From positions 1-55,444 of the forward strand of contig CAVQZQ010000085.1 in NCBI GenBank assembly GCA_963718435.1: a stretch of DNA of 55,444 nt. The letters are read 5' to 3'. A program made the translations under genes and the position numbers. Under the pieces are notes generated by a model, which saw nothing but the letters and a program-made list of their open reading frames with translations, was not told the origin of the DNA and made no database searches. The stretch comes from an uncultured Acidobacteriota bacterium (lineage in GTDB: Bacteria; Acidobacteriota; Terriglobia; Terriglobales; Acidobacteriaceae). Of this stretch, positions 10,339 through 22,358 are shown in pieces. Every line of letters begins with the position of its first letter. Within the stretch, counting starts at the first letter, position 1.

Positions 10339-10789
10339 TTTGTGTGTTTGGAGGTCTGAGCGAATCACTGGAGCTTTGCAGTTTACAGTTTCACAGCTTC
10401 ACAGTCTGAAAAAATCCGGTTGAGGCGGCTTACGCATTTGCTTTAAAGAGTGCAACTTAGCTCATTCACGAGTGGAAATTTGCTCAAATTTGCTCTGATT
10501 TGCCTGGCTTTTAGCGACCATTTAGAGCGTTTTGACCGCATTTGGTGGACATTTGAACAGTGATCAGAGGTCAGAGACCAGGGGTCAGGGTACACGCCAC
10601 GGGCCAATAAGTTGATTGTGCGCTTTTCGGAGAAATAATCTGCAACGTCCGGGTGGGAATTTTTGTGAGGGCCGGTGGCGCGGAGGGTCGTGAATCCCGC
10701 CCTTCTCGGATAACGAAGTTCGTTACTTTCCCAAGGTTGGTCGTTGTCATGAAGTTGACGGCGGAGGGGGTTCTCCGCCGTTTGGACAG

Positions 10790-13839
<3,050 letters not shown>

Positions 13840-13943
13840 GTGAATCTCCGTATGCAAGTGTAAATGGCTGTGAGTTGCAGCGAAGGGCCGGGCGGACCGG
13901 CCTGCGTGCGGGTTCGCACACATCGCGCAGCAAGCGCAAAGAA

Positions 13944-14345
13944 CTACACCAGGCGGGGCGGAGGACGCTGAAAAGAGACTGGAAGCAGTGGTGAGGCGGG
14001 TGCGCGACCGAGGCATCGAATGGATGCGGCGGAGAGCAGATTCAGAGGCGAAACCAGCCCGATGAAGAAGACGGGAAGAATCGCCGTCCATGTACCGGAG
14101 CCGGAATCGCGGAACATTGAACTGATCGGTCGGCCGGACCCACGGTGCACGAAGCGTGGGATCGCGGGATTTGCGATGGGAGACTGACTCCGGGCGAGAA
14201 ACGCCAGAACCGGGTGGGCGAGGACTTTGCCGTTTTGCAGGCCCGCCTCAGCGCGGGAAGCAGACGCGAGTGTGATGGCGGCGATTGCCACCCATATCCA
14301 CGCGCTTCTGTTTCGGGTTCCGGTCATGAAGAGCTTCCATCTCAT
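13944..14345 (-). CDS. Small membrane protein, paralog A (C-terminal motif [18 protein letters not shown]...[10 protein letters not shown])
   Basis: 133-aa ORF with two predicted TM helices. It is paralogous to 14892..15152 in the N-terminal start region and the C-terminal half. It lies directly upstream of secA on the same strand. Confidence 0.45.
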   Translation of the reverse strand: MRWKLFMTGTRNRSAWIWVAIAAITLASASRAEAGLQNGKVLAHPVLAFLARSQSPIANPAIPRFVHRGSGRPISSMFRDSGSGTWTAILPVFFIGLVSPLNLLSAASIRCLGRAPASPLLPVSFQRPPPRLV

Positions 14346-14444
14346 ATTGTTTCACAACTGCGGAAAGCTGGAAACGATTGGCCGCCGGACCCTAGGGTCA
14401 ATATTGTGAAAGGCGAACACGTGCGCGGCGAGGAGAATCCCCTG

Positions 14445-14798
14445 TCAAAGCCTCACGATCAAGGTATCGACGGGTTCGCCGCGTCGAATTCGCCGGAGCT
14501 GGGGGTGAAGATGCTTCGCAGGTGTCTCTGGATCGCCTTCATCGTCTTCCTCGACGACTTCAACCAGCCTTGCCTTGATCGCAAAATCGACGCTCGGGCG
14601 ATAGAACGTGGGGATCAATTGGAGCGCAGTTCCGAGGGCGATGGAGGAGGGGCAGAACCCCCTATTTTTCCTGCCAAGCCGCTGGTTCCGTCTGAAGACA
14701 GCACGGCGCAGATGATAGTGAATGAGGATGGCGATAATGACGAAAAACGGAGACGCAAGGGCAAGATTGCCAAAGAGATAGAGAAGATGGACACTCAT
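14445..14798 (-). CDS. Small membrane-anchored hypothetical protein with acidic C-terminal region
   Basis: MSVHLLYLFGNLALASPFFVIIAILIHYHL forms an N-terminal TM helix. It is followed by a charged tail (VEVVEEDDEGDPETP). The gene sits between the two paralogs. Confidence 0.4.
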   Translation of the reverse strand: MSVHLLYLFGNLALASPFFVIIAILIHYHLRRAVFRRNQRLGRKNRGFCPSSIALGTALQLIPTFYRPSVDFAIKARLVEVVEEDDEGDPETPAKHLHPQLRRIRRGEPVDTLIVRL

Positions 14799-14891
14799 CG
14801 GAGTCCTTCGGAACTCGGGCGAAATTTCAGTCAAGGGAATGGAAAAGCGGCGCGCGGTAGGGGGCTGGGCGCCGGAGTTTTGTTGGGAAAA

Positions 14892-15152
14892 CTAAACGCG
14901 GCGGAAGGGCGGCGGGCGTTGGAAGGATGCGGGAAGGGTGGGGGCGTCGGACGCGCGGCCGGCGTACTCGAAGGCCAGCGGAGAGAGTAGAGACAGCGGT
15001 GAAATGACGCCGAGGAACAGAAGCGGCAGGATTGCCAGCCACGCTCCGTTGTCTGCGCTGTGGGCGTGCGGGACAAGCAGCAGGACGAGGGCTACACCGA
15101 TGGCGATTGCCGCAATCAGGAACCACGCGCGCCTATGTGGGTTCTGAAACAT
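14892..15152 (-). CDS. Small membrane protein, paralog B (LAILPLLFLGVISPLSLLS...LPASFQRPPP)
   Basis: 86-aa ORF paralogous to 13944..14345. The ancestral start region is duplicated upstream (15171-15242, rc) but separated by a 57-nt insertion containing stop codons. Confidence 0.45.
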   Translation of the reverse strand: MFQNPHRRAWFLIAAIAIGVALVLLLVPHAHSADNGAWLAILPLLFLGVISPLSLLSPLAFEYAGRASDAPTLPASFQRPPPFRRV

Positions 15153-15319
15153 TGCTGAGTTGCTCTCAATCGGAGTATAGCAGCGGCAAAATGCGGCTTC
15201 TGTTTAGGGTTCCGGTCGTAGAGAGCCTACGCCTCATATTGCGCGATAAATGAGCACGGCAGGAGACGGATGGGCCGCGCCTGCAGGACGACGTATGAAC
15301 AGCGGCGTCAGCCAACGAT

Positions 15320-15620
15320 TTGGGCTCCGCCCCTACGGGGCTCGTCGACCTTTATGGCGCGTGTTCCCAGGACTGCGTCCGCGACGGCGGACTTGTCCTG
15401 GGCTATTTTCCTGCAGTTCCTACGGGACGCCCGTTGCGCTTCATCTTGGGGCTATTTTCCTGCAGTCCTACGGGACGCCCGTTGAGCTCCATCTTGGGGC
15501 TATTTTCCTGCAGTTCCTACGGGACGCCCGTTGCGCTTCATCTTGGGGCTATCTTCCTGCAATCCCCACTACCTACTAGACGCCCCGCAGCGCTTTATCC
15601 GGGGCTATTTTCCACCGCGT
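15320..15620. repeat. Tandem array of about 57-bp direct repeats (about 5 copies, the outer ones degenerate)
   Basis: Unit GGGGCTATTTTCCTGCAGTTCCTACGGGACGCCCGTTGCGCTTCATCTT repeats at about 15401, 15458 and 15514 nearly identically. Degenerate copies lie at 15321-15400 and 15570-15620. There are no unique spacers. Motifs CCCCTACGGGG and TCCCAGGAC...GTCCTGGGCTATTTTCCT are shared with the 18.8-kb repeat array. Confidence 0.7.
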
Positions 15621-15652
15621 CTTCGGGACGGACTGGTGCGTTGGTTTTGGGT

Positions 15653-16321
15653 TCAGGGGCGGTGGCCGGCGGTGACGAGGCGTTCGGAGACGGCTTCGAC
15701 GATTTGCTCGTGGACTTCATCGATGGTGAGATTGCCCTCGATGAGGACGATGCGGTCGGGTTCGCGGGCGGCGATTTCGCGGTATTTCTGCCATGCGCGG
15801 CGGTAGAAGGCTTCCTGTTCCTGCTCGAAGCGGTTTTCGTCGTGGCCGGACTGCTCGTTGATGCGTTGGTTGCGATGGCGGGCGCGGGCGAGACTTGGCT
15901 CGAGGGCGGGCAGGAGGAGCAGGGTGAGGTCAGGCTGGAGATCGCCGCAGATGAGCCGGTGAAGTTCGAGGACGGTGGCGGAGCCCAGTTCGCGGCCTCC
16001 GCCCTGGTATGCCTCGGTGGAGTCGGTAAAGCGATCGCAGAGAACGATTTTGCCGGCAGCGAGTGCGGGCTCGATGACTTCAGCGAGGGCCTGGGCGCGA
16101 TCGGCGAACATGAGCGCCATCTCGGTCATGGGAGCCAGGGCGGTGGCCTTTGAATCGAGCAGCAAGGCGCGGATGCGGTCGCCGGTCGCGGTTCCACCGG
16201 GCTGACGGGTGACCACGGGCTGCAGGCCCCGTTTCTGGATCCAGGCCGCCAAGCGCTTGATTTGGGTGGTCTTGCCGGAGCCGTCGAGACCTTCAAGGGT
16301 GATGAACAAACCGGGCGGCAT
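15653..16321 (-). CDS. tmk: Thymidylate kinase
   Basis: FITLEGLDGSGKTTQ P-loop and the DRFTDSTEAYQGGGR motif; 222 aa, intact. Confidence 0.9.
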   Translation of the reverse strand: MPPGLFITLEGLDGSGKTTQIKRLAAWIQKRGLQPVVTRQPGGTATGDRIRALLLDSKATALAPMTEMALMFADRAQALAEVIEPALAAGKIVLCDRFTDSTEAYQGGGRELGSATVLELHRLICGDLQPDLTLLLLPALEPSLARARHRNQRINEQSGHDENRFEQEQEAFYRRAWQKYREIAAREPDRIVLIEGNLTIDEVHEQIVEAVSERLVTAGHRP

Positions 16322-16553
16322 GGCGTGAGTCTACCACTGTGATGCTGGGGGGAGACGAGGGTGGTTTGGGTGTGTTAGAAACAGGTAATTTCAAAAGCGA
16401 GGCGGGGATTACCAAAGTGGAGCCGCGAGCGTGACGTAAGATTCTCCTGGGTAACGTTCTGTGGAGAATTTCGGTCGGCATCGGTTCCGCCATGCGTCGC
16501 CCGATTTCGCTGGAACCTGAACGGACGCAGGGCCTGCGCTCCAATGGAGTTGA

Positions 16554-17469
16554 ATGACCGTGAATTTTTCCACTATCAAAACATTTGTGCTTTGCGGCTG
16601 CATTGCTGCCGCGCTTTTTACATCGGGTCGGCTGAATGCCCAAAACCTGACGTTGGAGGGACAAACCGGCGGGTTTATTACGCCTACCGCCTACGTGGTG
16701 TACACCGCGAAGGACCATTTCTTTTCTCATCCTGCGGTGGGTTACCACTTTGTCGACGCCTCGAAGGTGATTGGCAACGTGCATACCTTCAGCATTGCGG
16801 AGGGATTCGCCAACCGGGCTGAGGTGGGCTACACGCGCAGTGTTCACAAAGAGGGCGAAGCGCGCTGTTCAGCAGCTTGTGGCATTTTCCGGGGATGAAC
16901 ATCTTCAGCGGCAAGGTCGTTGCGATCAAAGACGGGCAGGGTGGCCCGTGGATGCCGGGTGTCGGCGCAGGATTCGTGGTGCGGACCAATGACCGCTTTG
17001 TGACAGGGGCGCTGGACCAGTCGTTTACAGGGACGCTAAAGTCTTATACAAATGAGGACGTGTATGTGGCCGTCACCAAGACGTGGCTGCATCCGCCCGT
17101 GCCGTTCCTGGTCAACTTCGGCTGGAAGGCCACCAACGCATCGATCTACGGGCTCGGCGGGCAGTCCACGCGATTCTGTGGGCCGCCTGTTCGGCGGACT
17201 GGGGATCCCGCTGCCGGGGCTCTTCCAGACCGCTATCGTGCCGGCTGCCGGGCTTTACGCAGGAGCCGCCACATGAAAAACCTGCGCGCAATTCTTTGTC
17301 GGGAGGCAGGGCGCATATGCCCACTACGCTGGACTACGCGGTGCGTGTGACACAAAAGGAGAATCCTCATTTTGCGTTCGACATCGGCATCGGGCAGGTG
17401 GCGGGCATCATCGGCACGACGCACATTCTACCCGGCAACCCTGCGGCCCCGTATGTACCTTGGCGGTAG
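16554..17469 (+). CDS. Secreted or outer-membrane protein (DUF3034-like), interrupted by at least 2 frameshifts
   Basis: A signal peptide MTVNFSTIKTFVLCGCIAAALFTSGRLNA is followed by LEGQTGGFITPTAYV. The continuation is in other frames (MPGVGAGFVVRTNDRFVTGALDQSF...LVNFGWKATNASIYGLGGQS and DIGIGQVAGIIGTTHILPGNPAAPYVPWR*). The family assignment is tentative. Confidence 0.45.
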
Positions 17470-17740
17470 ACCTCCACGCCCGCCATATCGTAGGCATGGG
17501 ATTGAGCCTGCGCTATTAGCGATCAAAGAGCGGAGTTGCAGCGACTCTCGCACCGGCGTAACCCGACCCAGCGCCGTACCATCCCGTTTTATTTGAGGAC
17601 TCTTGGTGACGAGCCTCGATACGGGAACCCAGTTCGTCAAGCTCCCTCTGCAACTTCTCCGGCCGTCGTGTTCCAACGGGGAGTAGTTTAACCGCTGTTA
17701 AATGCGGTGATTGAAGTTCAACGATTCAAGGAGGTGTCAC

Positions 17741-18780
17741 ATGACAATTCTTCGTTCTTTCCGTTGGCTTTTGATGGCGTTTCTTTCTCTGCCTCGTCCC
17801 TGCATCGTCTTATGCGGGCGTTTTCGTCAGCGTCGGGTTTGCGCCGCCGGTGCTGCCGGTATATGCACAGCCACCGTGCCCCGAGCGGCTGGATGTGGAC
17901 CCCCGGCTACTGGGCCTATGGCGATGACGGCTACTACTGGGTTCCCGGCACTTGGGTGCCTGCTCCTTATGAGGGTGCCTTTGGACGCCGCCCTATTGGG
18001 GCTGGTCGAGCGGGCTTATGTGTTCCATCCCGGCTACTGGGGTCAGCACGTTGGCTACTACGGCGGCGTGAACTACGGCTTCGGGTACATGGGAATCGGC
18101 TTCGTCGGCGGCGAGGTGGCACGGCCACGACTTTGAATACAACAGGGCCTATATGCACGTGGATGACAGACGCTTCCACCACATCTACGAGGACCGTCGG
18201 GACGAGGGCCGCTACACCGTGGACAGAGGCAGTCATGTGGCCTTTAGCGGCGGTCCAGGCGGAATTCGCCACGACCCGGGCCCCGAAGCAGCGGCGGCCA
18301 TGCACGAGCAGCACGTGGGCAGGACTTCGTTCCAGACACAGCACCTGGAAGCGGCAAGGACTGACCAAGCTCTACTAACAGCAATCACGACGTCCGGCGA
18401 ATGTGGCGGTGGCCAGGCCGCTGGCTCCTCAGTCACACGGGATGCAGAATGACATGAGGCAGGGGCAGACCGAATTCGTTCAACAACCGGGGCGGCTCAA
18501 ACCCGCCGCAGCCGCGCAACAACCAGCAGCCGAATCAGGGATTCAGAATCGGAACACGCCTGACTCGCGTCAGCAGTACCAGGAACGGCAGATGCAGCAG
18601 AATCATCCCGCTCCGCAGTATCAGCCGCAGAATCGGCCCAGCACCGCAGACCAGCAGCGGGGCAACCCAAGCACGAGGCGCGTCCTGCGCCCCATCAGGA
18701 TTCGAGGCCCGCTCCGCACGAAGAGCATCAGTCCAGGCCGGAATCGAAGGATCACAAGAACCAGTGAGGAGTTGATTTGA
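17741..18780 (+). CDS. Secreted aromatic/glycine-repeat protein (W/Y-x-x-G-x-W repeats) with Gln-rich C-terminal tail; several frameshifts
   Basis: AAGGAGG RBS sits 6 nt before ATG 17741. A signal peptide MTILRSFRWLLMAFLSLP follows. Repeats WMWTPGYWAYGDDGYYWVPGTWVPAPYEG and HPGYWGQHVGYYGGVNYGFGYMGIGFVGGE lie in two frames. The C-terminal frame is low-complexity Q/P-rich (QQPAAESGIQNRNTPDSRQQYQERQMQQNHPAPQYQPQNRP). Confidence 0.5.
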
Positions 18781-18790
18781 GTTGCAGCGA

Positions 18791-18823
18791 GCGAGGCCCG
18801 CGGTTTGCTGCGGGCCTCGCTGC
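18791..18823 (+). terminator. Strong GC hairpin downstream of the repeat-protein gene (terminator-like, no U-tract)
   Basis: GCGAGGCCCGC ggtttgct GCGGGCCTCGC, a perfect 11-bp stem. Confidence 0.4.
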
Positions 18824-18834
18824 GTCAGGGGCCC

Positions 18835-19315
18835 TCGGATCAGATGGCGGTTCAGAGGGGCGTCCATCGCCCCTACGGGGCTTCTGAGGCAGAGTTGACG
18901 GTCTCCCAGGACTTCGTCCTGGGCTTAATTTCCTATGCTCCCTCCGGGAGCCGGTGAGGGGCCGAAGCGAATTTGGATTTGTGGTCCCCTACCCTTGAAT
19001 CAGATGGCGGTTCAGAGGGGCGTCCATCGCCCCTACGGGGCTTCTGAGGCAGAGACGGTCTCCCAGGACTTCGTCCTGGGCTAATTTCCTATGCTCCCTC
19101 CGGGAGCCGGTGAGGGGCCGAAGCGAATTGGATTGTGGTTTCCCACCCTTGTATCAGATGGCGGTTCAGAGGGGTGTCCATCGCCCCTACGGGGCTTCTG
19201 AGGCAGAGTTGCCGGTCTCCCAGGACTTTGTCCTGGGCTAATTTTCTATGCTCCCTCCGGGAGCCGGTGAGGGGCCGAAGCGAATTGGGATTTTTGGTTT
19301 CCCACCCTTGAATCC
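18835..19315. repeat. Three tandem copies of a 154-160-bp repeat rich in hairpins
   Basis: The unit begins CAGATGGCGGTTCAGAGGGGCGTCCATCGCCCCTACGGGGCTTCTGAGGCAGAG. It contains the GGGGCG...CGCCCC and CCCAGGAC-TTC-GTCCTGGG stem-loops. It continues GCTAATTTCCTATGCTCCCTCCGGGAGCCGGTGAGGGGCCGAAGCGAATT. Copy starts are at about 18841, 19001 and 19155. Confidence 0.75.
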
Positions 19316-19387
19316 GATGACCATTCAAGGAGGGGGCACGGGAAGTCGGAGTGCGAGTAATTCCCGCGCCCTGATGGAATCAGGAAC

Positions 19388-21208
19388 TCACCGTGTGGCG
19401 GGCTGGATTCCGGCGATCTCGACTTCGAGGCCGCCGTATTCAGGATGGTTGTTTTCGCGGATCCGGTAGGCGAGGTCGATGCGACTGCCGACGGTGAGTC
19501 CGAGTTCAGTGGCGCGAAAGGCCATATCCCAGCCCACGGCGCGAATGGCTCCAGTTGTGCCCGATGCTACGGGGCTTTGAGCCGACGCCTGCGCCAGTTC
19601 CAAGCGGATGTGGCGCTCTTTCATGAGGCGAAGCGGGGCCAGCAAGCGAACGTCGCGGGCGACGAAAATGGGTTCGGCGTTGCCGTGACCCAGCGGCTCC
19701 AGCTTGCGCAGCCAGCCAGCCAACACGGGGGTAATGCGATCAAGAGGGAGCTCGGCATGGATGTAGAGGAGGCGTTCGGGCTCGCGGGCAGCCAGGCGTT
19801 CCTCGGCATATATGCTTAGACGGCGCTTGAGCTCAGGCAGAGTGGAGGCAGGCAATGCAAAGCCCACGGCGAAGGCGTGTCCACCGAAACGGGTGAAGAG
19901 ATCGGAGCAGCTTTCGATGGCGTTGAGCAACTGAAAGCCGTCGACCGAGCGGCCAGATCCGTGAGCGACTCCGTCTTCCACACTGATTACGATGGCCGGC
20001 TTGGCGGTGCGTTCGACCACACGCGAGGCAAGGATGCCGATGACGCCGCGATGCCATCCGTCGCCATCGACTACGAGCAGCCTCTCGGCAGCGAGCACGG
20101 TGTCGACGGCCAGTCGGCTTTCAATGGAGGTAAGCGCAAAAGCTTCGGTATCGCGGCGCTCGCGATTGAGGCGTTCCAATTTGGCGGCGAGTTGCTGAGC
20201 GCGGCCGAGGTCGCGGGTGGTAAAGAGCTCGATGACATCGGAAGCCACGTCCATGCGGCCCGCGGCGTTGATGCGCGGCGCGAGGCGAAATGCGACATCG
20301 AAGCCGGTGAGTTGCTTTGCCACGGGATCCAGTGCGGCAGCGGCGAAGAGGGCGCGGAGGCCCACGCCGACGGGTCTGCGCAATTCTCGCAGACCGAGGG
20401 CGGCGATGACGCGGTTCTCGCCGCGCAGCGGTACGGCATCCGCAATGGTAGCGATCGCCGCCATTTTGAGAAAACTAGGCAAGGTCTTTTCGCGAGTGCG
20501 GACAGGATCGCGGCGCTCGAGCACGGCCTGTGCCAGCTTGAACGCGATGGCGGCGCCGCAGAGCGATTTTTCGGGGTAAGGGCAAGCGGGCTGATTGGGA
20601 TTCAGTATGGCAAGGGCGTGCGGGACCGCCTGATTGGCATCGGGCAAGTGATGGTCGGTAATGATCAGGTCGAGCCCGAGGTTGCGCGCTGTCTCGGCTT
20701 CGGCGAAGGCCCTCATGCCGGTATCGACGGTGATGACCAAACGGACGCCCTCGGCATAGGCGGTCTCGAGCACGCTCGATTGCAGGCCGTAGCCTTCGCG
20801 GATGCGGTGAGGCACATGAAAGCAGACCACGCCGCCGAGCATTTCGATGGCGGTCTTGAGCAACACGACGGCGGTGGTGCCATCGACGTCATAATCCCCG
20901 TAAAGCAGAACCGGCTCGCGCGCGGCGATGGCACGCTCGAGGCGGTCGACGGCCGCGGCCATGCCCAACATGAGAAATGGATCGTGGAGGTGCGAGACTT
21001 CAGGATTGAGGAAGGCCGAGGCCAGCTCGGGCTGGGTGATACCGCGCGCTAACAACAATTCAGCGAGCACCTGGGGCAGATGAGCGGCTTTGGCCAGGGC
21101 CTCGGATTCCTCAGGATGCGGGTCTGCGATGATCCAACGCTGAGGAAGAGTTGGTCGCGGGGAAGTGTCGCGCGTGAGAACTGGATTCGCCGTGCCCGAG
21201 GTGCCCAC
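19388..21208 (-). CDS. recJ: Single-stranded-DNA-specific exonuclease RecJ
   Basis: 606-aa intact ORF with DHH motifs (LLYGDYDVDGTTAVVLL, ITDHHLP) and a DHHA1 region (GGHAFAVGF). Confidence 0.9.
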   Translation of the reverse strand: MGTSGTANPVLTRDTSPRPTLPQRWIIADPHPEESEALAKAAHLPQVLAELLLARGITQPELASAFLNPEVSHLHDPFLMLGMAAAVDRLERAIAAREPVLLYGDYDVDGTTAVVLLKTAIEMLGGVVCFHVPHRIREGYGLQSSVLETAYAEGVRLVITVDTGMRAFAEAETARNLGLDLIITDHHLPDANQAVPHALAILNPNQPACPYPEKSLCGAAIAFKLAQAVLERRDPVRTREKTLPSFLKMAAIATIADAVPLRGENRVIAALGLRELRRPVGVGLRALFAAAALDPVAKQLTGFDVAFRLAPRINAAGRMDVASDVIELFTTRDLGRAQQLAAKLERLNRERRDTEAFALTSIESRLAVDTVLAAERLLVVDGDGWHRGVIGILASRVVERTAKPAIVISVEDGVAHGSGRSVDGFQLLNAIESCSDLFTRFGGHAFAVGFALPASTLPELKRRLSIYAEERLAAREPERLLYIHAELPLDRITPVLAGWLRKLEPLGHGNAEPIFVARDVRLLAPLRLMKERHIRLELAQASAQSPVASGTTGAIRAVGWDMAFRATELGLTVGSRIDLAYRIRENNHPEYGGLEVEIAGIQPATR

Positions 21209-21213
21209 CCGGT

Positions 21214-21696
21214 CTACTCGTCCTCGTCGTCGTGTTCGTGCTCGTGGTCGTCGATCACGATGTCCTGAAAACTTTCGATGTCTTCAAGGAGGGACTGGAA
21301 GCGCTCATACCATTCGGTGGTTGTTTCATGCAGGAAGGCCATGCCCTGATAGACGAAGCCGAGTTGAATGTAACCGACCATGCCGGTGTATTTGCGCAGC
21401 CACTGGGCCTCGACGAGTTCGGTGGATTCTTCGTCGGGGAAGTTCATCTCTCCGGCTTCTTCGATGAGCGTGTCGAGTTCCTCGCGCTCAAGTGCCATCT
21501 CGCTGAAGGTGATGAAAGGAGCGCCGACGTGCTTGGCCATCTCAACAAAATCTTTCCAAGCGTCGGGGTTGTCCTGGTCTTCCCAAAGTATGGAAGGAAT
21601 GTCTTCGGTGACGTAGCCGGGGAGGCGGCGCAAGCCGTGCCCCTCAATGAAGGCCACCATATCGTCTTTCAGCGAAAGCAGATTTTCCGAACTCAT
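21214..21696 (-). CDS. Hypothetical acidic protein (His/Asp/Glu-rich C-terminus), immediately upstream of recJ
   Basis: ORF MSSENLLSLKDDMVAFIEGHGLRRLPGYVTEDIPSILWED...DDHEHEHDDEDE with codon usage like its neighbours. It ends 6 nt before the recJ start. The start is uncertain (the ORF extends to 21735). Confidence 0.5.
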   Translation of the reverse strand: MSSENLLSLKDDMVAFIEGHGLRRLPGYVTEDIPSILWEDQDNPDAWKDFVEMAKHVGAPFITFSEMALEREELDTLIEEAGEMNFPDEESTELVEAQWLRKYTGMVGYIQLGFVYQGMAFLHETTTEWYERFQSLLEDIESFQDIVIDDHEHEHDDEDE

Positions 21697-21718
21697 GGTC
21701 AAGGAATCATTTTCGCAG

Positions 21719-22177
21719 ATGCGGGCGGCTGGCAAGGGGGAATTGTGGAAAGTTCACAGGCGGGACTGTAAAGAGGGTCGAGGCTTTAGTCTGGAGTTAT
21801 TGAGGAATCGAGAGGATCGCCGCTTGCCCCCATTTGAACACCATGTCTTTGTTTGCCATAACGTGCGCCCCGAAGGCGCTCCACGGCCGTCTTGCACATC
21901 GGATGGAAAGAGCGAGCTGCACGCGGAACTGCAGCAATTGGCGAAAGCGGCCGGTCTAGGAGGCAAGGTACGCATCAACAAATCCGGCTGCCTGGACCAG
22001 TGCGAACACGGGCCGACGGTGGTGGTCTATCCAGAGGCGGTGTGGTACGGCCATGTGCGGCCCGAGGATGCCGTGGCGATTGTGCAGGAGCACCTGATAG
22101 GCGGACGTCCGGTGGAGCGGCTGCGCCTGGCCGACGAATGCGTGAATACGAAGAGCTGCCCGCACCGGCAGGGCTGA
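21719..22177 (+). CDS. Thioredoxin-like [2Fe-2S] ferredoxin
   Basis: HHVFVCHNVRPEGAPRPSCTSDGKSELHAELQ...KSGCLDQCEHGPTVVVYPEAVWYG shows the Cys pattern and fold motifs of thioredoxin-like ferredoxins. The start is uncertain (the ORF opens at 21647, which would overlap the divergent gene). Confidence 0.6.
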   Translation: MRAAGKGELWKVHRRDCKEGRGFSLELLRNREDRRLPPFEHHVFVCHNVRPEGAPRPSCTSDGKSELHAELQQLAKAAGLGGKVRINKSGCLDQCEHGPTVVVYPEAVWYGHVRPEDAVAIVQEHLIGGRPVERLRLADECVNTKSCPHRQG

Positions 22178-22358
22178 GTTTGTTTACGGCTTTCGCACCG
22201 TCATGAAGCACTGTCTTGAACCTCGCCGTCATGGCGAGGCTGATTGCGATTCGGCCTAGAATGCAACGCGGGGACAAGCTTGAGGGGCATTGGCTTAGGA
22301 TGTTTGGGCGGTCGGTGTACAGGGGGCGGGGTGATGGGGTATCCTGAGCTTTAAACCC

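Noticed and set aside
14145-14990. 281-aa plus-strand ORF spanning the small membrane protein locus
   Set aside because: It overlaps three co-oriented minus-strand genes that have TM helices and paralogy support. Its translation is low-complexity.
15320-15620. Possible CRISPR array
   Set aside because: Units are 57 bp and nearly identical end to end with no unique spacers between them, and no cas genes are nearby. This is a plain tandem repeat.
19877-21052. 391-aa plus-strand ORF
   Set aside because: Fully antisense to recJ, whose translation carries the DHH/DHHA1 motifs.
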